64,000 nt of DNA from Candidatus Undinarchaeota archaeon. GTDB lineage: Archaea > Undinarchaeota > Undinarchaeia > Undinarchaeales > UBA543. A program made the translations under genes and the position numbers. Positions 58,521 through 64,000 of this stretch are shown here, in pieces. The stretch is from the NCBI GenBank assembly GCA_964636545.1, contig CAZWSR010000003.1, forward strand, positions 13,847-77,846, read 5' to 3'. The notes beneath the pieces were generated by a model. It did no database searches, was not told where the DNA came from, and saw only the letters and a program-made list of their open reading frames with translations. Positions within the stretch are counted from its first letter, which is position 1, and each line of letters starts with the position of its first letter.

Positions 58521-59774
58521 ATGTATCGCGCACAAATAGAGAAGTATTATTCTCAGCCAGAAATTTTGAAAGCTATGACGCAAATCGCTGAAGACCGTGA
58601 GGTAGTTCAATCACTCCCGAATGGCGGTTTTGGAAAACGACCAAATGCTGTTTTTTATGAGCAAGATTTACTGCAAATGATTAAGGAAAATGCAGTTTCA
58701 TTTCACTGCTCAGTTGAACGTTGGAAAAATCCACTTGGATTAAACACAGGTATGCAGAGAGAACAGCTTGACCATAACCGAACTGGATGGGACCTGATTA
58801 TTGATATTGATTGTGACAGTGGTCTTGATTATTCAAGAAAAACAGCAATAATACTCTGCAAAGCACTTGAACAATTTGGAATTAAAAATTATGGAATAAA
58901 ATTCTCAGGAAACCGTGGATTTCATATTGGTGTGTCATTTGAGGCATTTCCAGAAAGCATAACTGGGATTGGTAATATTGAAAAACAATATCCAAGAGTT
59001 CCGAAAATCATTATTGAATATCTGGCATATTTTATTAACAAGGATTTGAGAGCAGCTTTTGGTGAAGAACCAGAAAAAATAATTAAATTAGATGCTGCAG
59101 TTGCGGCAAGCAGACACATGTTCAGAATGCCGTATTCATTACATCCAAAAACTTGGCTAACAAGCAAAGTAATTACAAAAGAAGAATTGGAAAACTTCAA
59201 ACCAGAGGATGCAAAACCAGAGAATGTAAAAGAAACCATGCCTTTCCTGAAAATTGATACTGAGAAAAACGAGGCAGTGGAACTTTTGAGAAGTGCTGTG
59301 TTCTGGGATTCAAGACGAGAAAAAGACAAACCAAGTGCGAATTTAGGAGAATTCAAAGTTCCTGAAAACGCTATTCCGCCGGCTTATTTCCCACCTTGCA
59401 TTCAAAAGATTTTAGGGGGTTTGGAAGATGGGAAAAAGCGAAGTATATTTGTTCTAAGTGCTTTTCTGCAAAATATTGGATGGAAACATGATGATGTTCT
59501 GAAAATGGCACTGGAATGGAACACCAAAAACAAGCCACAGCTGAATGAAAACATAATAACAGCAGGAGTTAAACATCATTTTTCAAAACCAAAAGCGCAA
59601 ATGGCACCAAATTGCAAAAATCCTGGATTTTATCAAGACTATGGAATATGTTTGCCAGATGAGTTTTGCAAAACAATCCAGAATCCAGTAACTTATACTC
59701 TTGGGAGAGCAAAGCGGGCAGCGAAAAGCAGAAGAAAGAAAAGGGTTAAAAAGGAGAAGACACAGAAAAAATGA
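58521..59774 (+). CDS. fused DNA primase PriS-PriL (DPANN type)
   Basis: N-terminal WDLIIDID and KFSGNRGFH; C-terminal FPPCI, DGKKR, PNC...C..D..C...NP. Confidence 0.9.
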   Translation: MYRAQIEKYYSQPEILKAMTQIAEDREVVQSLPNGGFGKRPNAVFYEQDLLQMIKENAVSFHCSVERWKNPLGLNTGMQREQLDHNRTGWDLIIDIDCDSGLDYSRKTAIILCKALEQFGIKNYGIKFSGNRGFHIGVSFEAFPESITGIGNIEKQYPRVPKIIIEYLAYFINKDLRAAFGEEPEKIIKLDAAVAASRHMFRMPYSLHPKTWLTSKVITKEELENFKPEDAKPENVKETMPFLKIDTEKNEAVELLRSAVFWDSRREKDKPSANLGEFKVPENAIPPAYFPPCIQKILGGLEDGKKRSIFVLSAFLQNIGWKHDDVLKMALEWNTKNKPQLNENIITAGVKHHFSKPKAQMAPNCKNPGFYQDYGICLPDEFCKTIQNPVTYTLGRAKRAAKSRRKKRVKKEKTQKK

Positions 59775-59796
59775 CAGAGGGAGAAAGAATCATTGC

Positions 59797-59856
59797 TCGT
59801 CTTTAGTAATTCGTTCTTCGTTTACGAATAACGAACAACCAATAACGAAAAACGAG
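59797..59856. repeat. inverted 7-nt arrays (hairpin), family E
   Basis: TCGTCTT TAGTAAT TCGTTCT TCGT TTACGAA TAACGAA CAACCAA TAACGAA AAACGAG. Confidence 0.85.
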
Positions 59857-59873
59857 GATAGATATAACCAAAA

Positions 59874-60512
59874 ATGACTGATGTATTGACTTACGATGCA
59901 CTACGTGGGATACAGTATAATGAGAGAAAGAGTGAAAAGCTTGTAGAGCTGGATAATTCTTTTTATGGAAATGTTGAAGAGTATCTTGATAGAAAGCCGA
60001 AAGATGAATTAACAGAAATAGAACTACGTAATGCAAAGAATATTCTAAAAGATATTTATGATAGGCGAGAGAGGAAAATATTGAGCCAAGCACTTGCCGC
60101 AGTACGAAGTGGAATGCGAATTGATACAAAAGCAATGACAAGCCAGGAAGAAAGCTTTTTCAAAAGTCTTGTTACACTTATTAAAGATCATCGAGAAATT
60201 GCTGAAAAACCAGTTAAGAAAGGGGCTAAAAAAGAGAAAAAACCAGAAGCAGAAGACGTAGAGAAAGAAATTGAAGCTGAACCTGAGGTCAATGCTCCAG
60301 AAGAACAACCAGAACAGGAAGAAAAAGCTGAAATTGAGGAAGACACCCCAACCACAACTTATATAAAAGTAAAAATTCTCCAAGAACTACCGGAAATGCT
60401 TGGAGCTGACTTCAATACTTATGGTCCATTTAAAAAAGACGAAGTGATTGAAATTCCAGAGCAAAACGCTGAAATCTTCCTTGAAAAAGGAAAAGCAGAG
60501 GTAATAGAATGA
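59874..60512 (+). CDS. GINS complex subunit Gins51
   Basis: A domain L.EL...FY, RRERKI; B domain GAD..TYGPF..DEV..IP..NA; follows primase. Confidence 0.88.
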   Translation: MTDVLTYDALRGIQYNERKSEKLVELDNSFYGNVEEYLDRKPKDELTEIELRNAKNILKDIYDRRERKILSQALAAVRSGMRIDTKAMTSQEESFFKSLVTLIKDHREIAEKPVKKGAKKEKKPEAEDVEKEIEAEPEVNAPEEQPEQEEKAEIEEDTPTTTYIKVKILQELPEMLGADFNTYGPFKKDEVIEIPEQNAEIFLEKGKAEVIE

Positions 60513-60787
60513 AGGTCCCAAGAGTAAGAAATATGTTTTGTAGAAAGTGCGCAAAGCACACACCGCATACCATGGAGGTTGCAAAGAAAAGACAAACTAG
60601 AAAACTATCTCTTGGACAAAGGCGTTTCAGACGTAAAATGGAAGGATATGGATCTTTCCCAAAACCAATGCCATCAGGGAAAAAGCCAACACAGAGGCAA
60701 GATCTCAGATACAAATGTAATGATTGTAATTTTTCAGAAACACGCTCAAAAACATATCGAGTAAAGAAATTTGAGGTAACAGAATAA
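60509..60787 (+). CDS. rpl44e: 50S ribosomal protein eL42 (L44e)
   Basis: FCRKCAKHT.H, GQRRF, GYGSFP, KPT, C..C. Confidence 0.95.
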   Translation: MKVPRVRNMFCRKCAKHTPHTMEVAKKRQTRKLSLGQRRFRRKMEGYGSFPKPMPSGKKPTQRQDLRYKCNDCNFSETRSKTYRVKKFEVTE

Positions 60788-60957
60788 TGGAACCAAAAAG
60801 CAAATTCATAAAAGTAAAATGCAAATGCGGAAGCGAACAAATTGTTTTCGGAAATGCTTCAAACACAGTAAAATGCATTAATTGTGATGCAATACTTGCT
60901 AGGCCAACAGGCGGACGATCAAATATAGAAGCAAAGATTGTCAAAATGATGGAATAA
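60787..60957 (+). CDS. rps27e: 30S ribosomal protein eS27; not in the ORF track
   Basis: PKSKFIKVKCKCGSEQIVFG...VKCINC..LARPTGG, 56 aa. Confidence 0.93.
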   Translation: MEPKSKFIKVKCKCGSEQIVFGNASNTVKCINCDAILARPTGGRSNIEAKIVKMME

Positions 60958-61011
60958 TCTTATTTTTAAGAACAATAACATTTAAAACCAACCTTTATTA
61001 TACTCACAGCC

Positions 61012-61803
61012 ATGCATAACGAGAAAAAACCAACAAAACTGCCTGAAAGCGGAGAAATTGTAATGGGCGTAGCTAGCAAAGTGTTTCCATATGGAGTTTT
61101 TGTTAAATTAAATGATTTCCCAGGAATAGAAGGAATGATACATGTTTCTGAAATTTCTGCTAAATGGGTTAAGAATATTAGAGAATATGCAAAAGAAGGG
61201 CAGACGCTAATTGTTAAGGTTTTGAGAGTAGACAAGCACAAAGGCCATGTTGATCTTTCACTGAAAAGTGTAAATGCATCACAGAGAAAACTAATTGTTG
61301 ATGCACGAAAACAAGACCAGAAAGCACAGAAATTAGTTGAGCTAGCTGCAGAGGATTTGAAAGACAAAGATGCAGTAAAAGAAATTTTGAAACAACTTGA
61401 TGATAATTTTGATGGAGCATATGATGCTTTACTACAGATAAAGAAAGATGGAATAAAAGTTCTGAAAGATATGGGAATTTCAGAGAAATGGGTGAAAGCA
61501 CTTGGAAAAATTTCTGAAGAACATGTTACAATTCCAAAAGTTTCAATTAAAGTGATCATGGAACTGAAAGCAAATGGGCCTGACGGTATTGACGCAATTA
61601 AGAATGCACTTGCAAAAGCAAAAGAGCAGGTTCCTGAAGAAATTGAAGCAGTTTTCAAATATGTTGGAGCTCCAAAATACAAAATTGAGATGACTGCACT
61701 TGATTACAAAACACTAGAGAAGTGTTTGGATAAGATTACTAAAACTGTTACCAAGGAAATGACTGGTAATAATGGTACAGCAGTTGTTGAGAAGCAGAAA
61801 TAA
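61012..61803 (+). CDS. eif2a: translation initiation factor 2 subunit alpha
   Basis: S1 domain GMIHVSEI, VDLSLK, YVGAPKY. Confidence 0.95.
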   Translation: MHNEKKPTKLPESGEIVMGVASKVFPYGVFVKLNDFPGIEGMIHVSEISAKWVKNIREYAKEGQTLIVKVLRVDKHKGHVDLSLKSVNASQRKLIVDARKQDQKAQKLVELAAEDLKDKDAVKEILKQLDDNFDGAYDALLQIKKDGIKVLKDMGISEKWVKALGKISEEHVTIPKVSIKVIMELKANGPDGIDAIKNALAKAKEQVPEEIEAVFKYVGAPKYKIEMTALDYKTLEKCLDKITKTVTKEMTGNNGTAVVEKQK

Positions 61804-61952
61804 TGGCTAAGATTTTACAATGTCCAAAATGTGGGAAATACACTATGGATAGTTCTTGTTCTAAATGCAAAAAAGATACGGTTACTGTTGAGCCAGCGAA
61901 ATATAAAGCAGATGATAAGTATGCTAAATACAGACGGATGAAGAAAGAGTAA
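61803..61952 (+). CDS. nop10: H/ACA RNP protein Nop10; not in the ORF track
   Basis: CPKCGKYTM..CSKC...PAKY..DDKYAKYRR, 49 aa. Confidence 0.9.
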   Translation: MAKILQCPKCGKYTMDSSCSKCKKDTVTVEPAKYKADDKYAKYRRMKKE

Positions 61953-62011
61953 ACCTTCTTCAGTTTGCAATATTTTATATACTCCCCAAACTTACCTCGT
62001 TTTGATACAAA

Positions 62012-62812
62012 ATGGACACTTTTATTAAATACAGTGGTAAAAAACCGAAGCTCAACAATCCAGTTCTAATTGAAGGACTGCCTGGCTTTGGCCAAGTTGG
62101 AAGATTAGTTGCTGAGCACCTAGTTAAGGAATTTAATGGAAAACAGTTTGCTGAGCTCTACAGTCCGCACTTTCCTCCACAGGTTATGATACAAAACGAC
62201 GGCAGAATAGACACTATCACGAATAATTTCTTTTACATTCCAAAAATGGGTGGCAAACGGGATGTTTTGCTTGTTATTGGAGAAGCGCAAGGCGCAACCA
62301 TAACTGGACAATATGAAATTTGCGAAAAGATTCTAGATGTTGCAAAAGAATTTGGAGTAAAAGATCTTGTAACAATTGGCGGCTACGCTACTGGACGATT
62401 ATTAAAAGAACCAAAAGTTTTCGGAGCAGCAAATAATAACGCTTACATAAAAGAATTTGGAAAACATGGAGTTGTTTTCAAGACAAAAGGAAACCGTGGA
62501 GGAATTGTTGGTGCATCTGGACTGCTAGTTGGACTTAGCCAGCTCAGAGATATAAACTCATTATGTTTAATGGGAGAAACCCCAGGACATCCTTTACTAA
62601 TTGATGCAAAAGCTGCAGAGAAAGTTCTTGAAGTTCTTGGAAAATGGCTTGGAATCAATATAAAAATGGGAGCTCTTGACAAGCGAGCAAAAGAATTAGA
62701 GAAGTTCCGCCTCAATCTGGAAAAGATGATGAAGAAAATGAAGAAAGAGAAAGGAGAACCAGGAACAGGGGAAGAAGCAGGAACTGATGAAGAATTGAAA
62801 TATATTGGTTAA
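62012..62812 (+). CDS. PAC2 family proteasome assembly chaperone
   Basis: IEGLPGFGQVG, YSPHFPPQV, GASGLL, CLMGET, C-terminal YIG. Confidence 0.9.
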   Translation: MDTFIKYSGKKPKLNNPVLIEGLPGFGQVGRLVAEHLVKEFNGKQFAELYSPHFPPQVMIQNDGRIDTITNNFFYIPKMGGKRDVLLVIGEAQGATITGQYEICEKILDVAKEFGVKDLVTIGGYATGRLLKEPKVFGAANNNAYIKEFGKHGVVFKTKGNRGGIVGASGLLVGLSQLRDINSLCLMGETPGHPLLIDAKAAEKVLEVLGKWLGINIKMGALDKRAKELEKFRLNLEKMMKKMKKEKGEPGTGEEAGTDEELKYIG

Positions 62813-62818
62813 TATTTT

Positions 62819-64000
62819 ATGAAAACCTATGCAGATTTGCATATTCACTCCAGATTTAGTCGCGCTACTAGTAAGAATATAACAATTGATAATCTGGAAA
62901 AATATGCACGTATTAAAGGAATTACTTTATTAGGTACTGGGGATTTCACACACCCAAAATGGTTAGAAGAATTAAAAGAAAAATTAACTGAAGACGGATC
63001 CGGTTTTCTGAAAACAGTCGGAGCCCCGGCTCCACTGCGCCCCGGCGCCCCTGAATTAAAATTTGTTCTGCAAGCTGAGATTTCTCAAATGTACAGGCAC
63101 GAAGATAAAGGTCGTCGTGTCCATAATCTTCTTCTTGCACCAAGTTTTGAAATTGTTGAACAAATTAATGAGTTTCTTGCACCAAGAGGAAAACTTGCAA
63201 GTGATGGCAGACCGATTTTCTCTGGACTAAGTTGTGTTGAATTATGCGAAAACCTTTTTGAAATTTCAGACAAAATTGAAATTATTCCAGCGCATATCTG
63301 GACTCCGTGGTTCTCTGTTCTTGGCTCAAAAAGCGGTTTTAATTCAATTAGGGAATGTTTTGGAGAATACACTAACAAGATTCATGCACTTGAAACAGGA
63401 TTGAGTAGCGATCCTGCAATGAATTGGCGACTTTCGCAATTAGACCAATTCACACTAGTTTCTAATTCAGATACTCACTCATATTGGCCATGGAGACTTG
63501 GAAGAGAATGTAATATTTTAGATATTGAACCAACATATTCTGCACTCCAGAATACTTTGAAAACAAGTAAAGGTTTTGAATATACAATTGAAGTAGACCC
63601 ATCCTATGGAAAGTACCATTTTGATGGCCATAGGAAGTGTAGTGTCTGTTTTGAGCCAAAAGAGTCGCTAAAACACGAAGATATCTGCCCAAAATGCGGG
63701 AAACCACTGACAATAGGGGTTTTGCACAGAGTTGATGAGCTAGCTGACAGAGAAGATGGATTCAGACTAAAAGGAGCTCATGATTTCAAAACACTTTTGC
63801 CACTTTCTGAATTAATTGCACTTTCGCTTGGTGTGAAGAGTCCATCAGGAACAAGAGTTGATGCAGTTTTCCAGAAACTCATTGAACAATTTGGAAGCGA
63901 ATATGCTGTTTTGCTTGAGGCTGATTTGAAAAATGTTGATGAGAAATTAGCTGGATTAATTATGAAAAACCGTAATGGAAAAATAAAAGTTAGTCCGGGA
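62819..64000 (+). CDS. endonuclease Q family (PHP domain plus zinc finger); runs off the window
   Basis: ADLHIHSRFSRATS, GTGDFTHP.W, PAHIWTPW, ETGLSSD, SNSD.HS, GKYHFDGHR.C, CPKCG.....GV..RV. Confidence 0.9.
   Translation, partial: MKTYADLHIHSRFSRATSKNITIDNLEKYARIKGITLLGTGDFTHPKWLEELKEKLTEDGSGFLKTVGAPAPLRPGAPELKFVLQAEISQMYRHEDKGRRVHNLLLAPSFEIVEQINEFLAPRGKLASDGRPIFSGLSCVELCENLFEISDKIEIIPAHIWTPWFSVLGSKSGFNSIRECFGEYTNKIHALETGLSSDPAMNWRLSQLDQFTLVSNSDTHSYWPWRLGRECNILDIEPTYSALQNTLKTSKGFEYTIEVDPSYGKYHFDGHRKCSVCFEPKESLKHEDICPKCGKPLTIGVLHRVDELADREDGFRLKGAHDFKTLLPLSELIALSLGVKSPSGTRVDAVFQKLIEQFGSEYAVLLEADLKNVDEKLAGLIMKNRNGKIKVSPG
63019..63050. repeat. 8-nt array, family A, in frame inside the EndoQ gene
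   Basis: CGGAGCCC CGGCTCCA CTGCGCCC CGGCGCCC. Confidence 0.85.

Noticed and set aside
1-64000. CRISPR array interpretation of the repeats
   Set aside because: Units are 7-8 nt with no spacers, and no cas genes are present.

Overview
Compact, AT-rich archaeal chromosome segment. A DPANN origin is inferred from the fused PriS-PriL primase, AsnRS and very short intergenic spaces. It is almost all housekeeping: the exosome/proteasome/RNase P superoperon (rpl15e to pfdB), the pri-GINS-rpl44e-rps27e-aIF2alpha-nop10-PAC2 cluster, ftsZ2, sepF, PCNA, an RPA small subunit, FttA/aCPSF1, RNase J, ABCE1, YchF, DRG, GluRS, AsnRS and gluconeogenesis genes (eno, ppsA, FBP aldolase/phosphatase). It also holds an S-layer-like glycoprotein, two tRNAs (Ala-GGC, Glu-CTC), a RelE-type TA pair and several orphans. 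I found no rRNA, CRISPR array, integrase or transposase. The main unexplained signal is about 27 short elements (30-80 nt) made of degenerate 7-nt or 8-nt tandem units in at least six unrelated sequence families. They are often two head-to-head arrays forming a hairpin. They sit between cistrons, over stop codons and ribosome-binding sites, and in frame inside conserved proteins (Dph2, TrmJ, PpsA, EndoQ). Other candidates are a zinc-ribbon gene split at an in-phase A_AAA_AAG slippery site, an orphan with five tandem HTH-like repeats, a pilin-like microprotein and an eL15 leader-like RNA.
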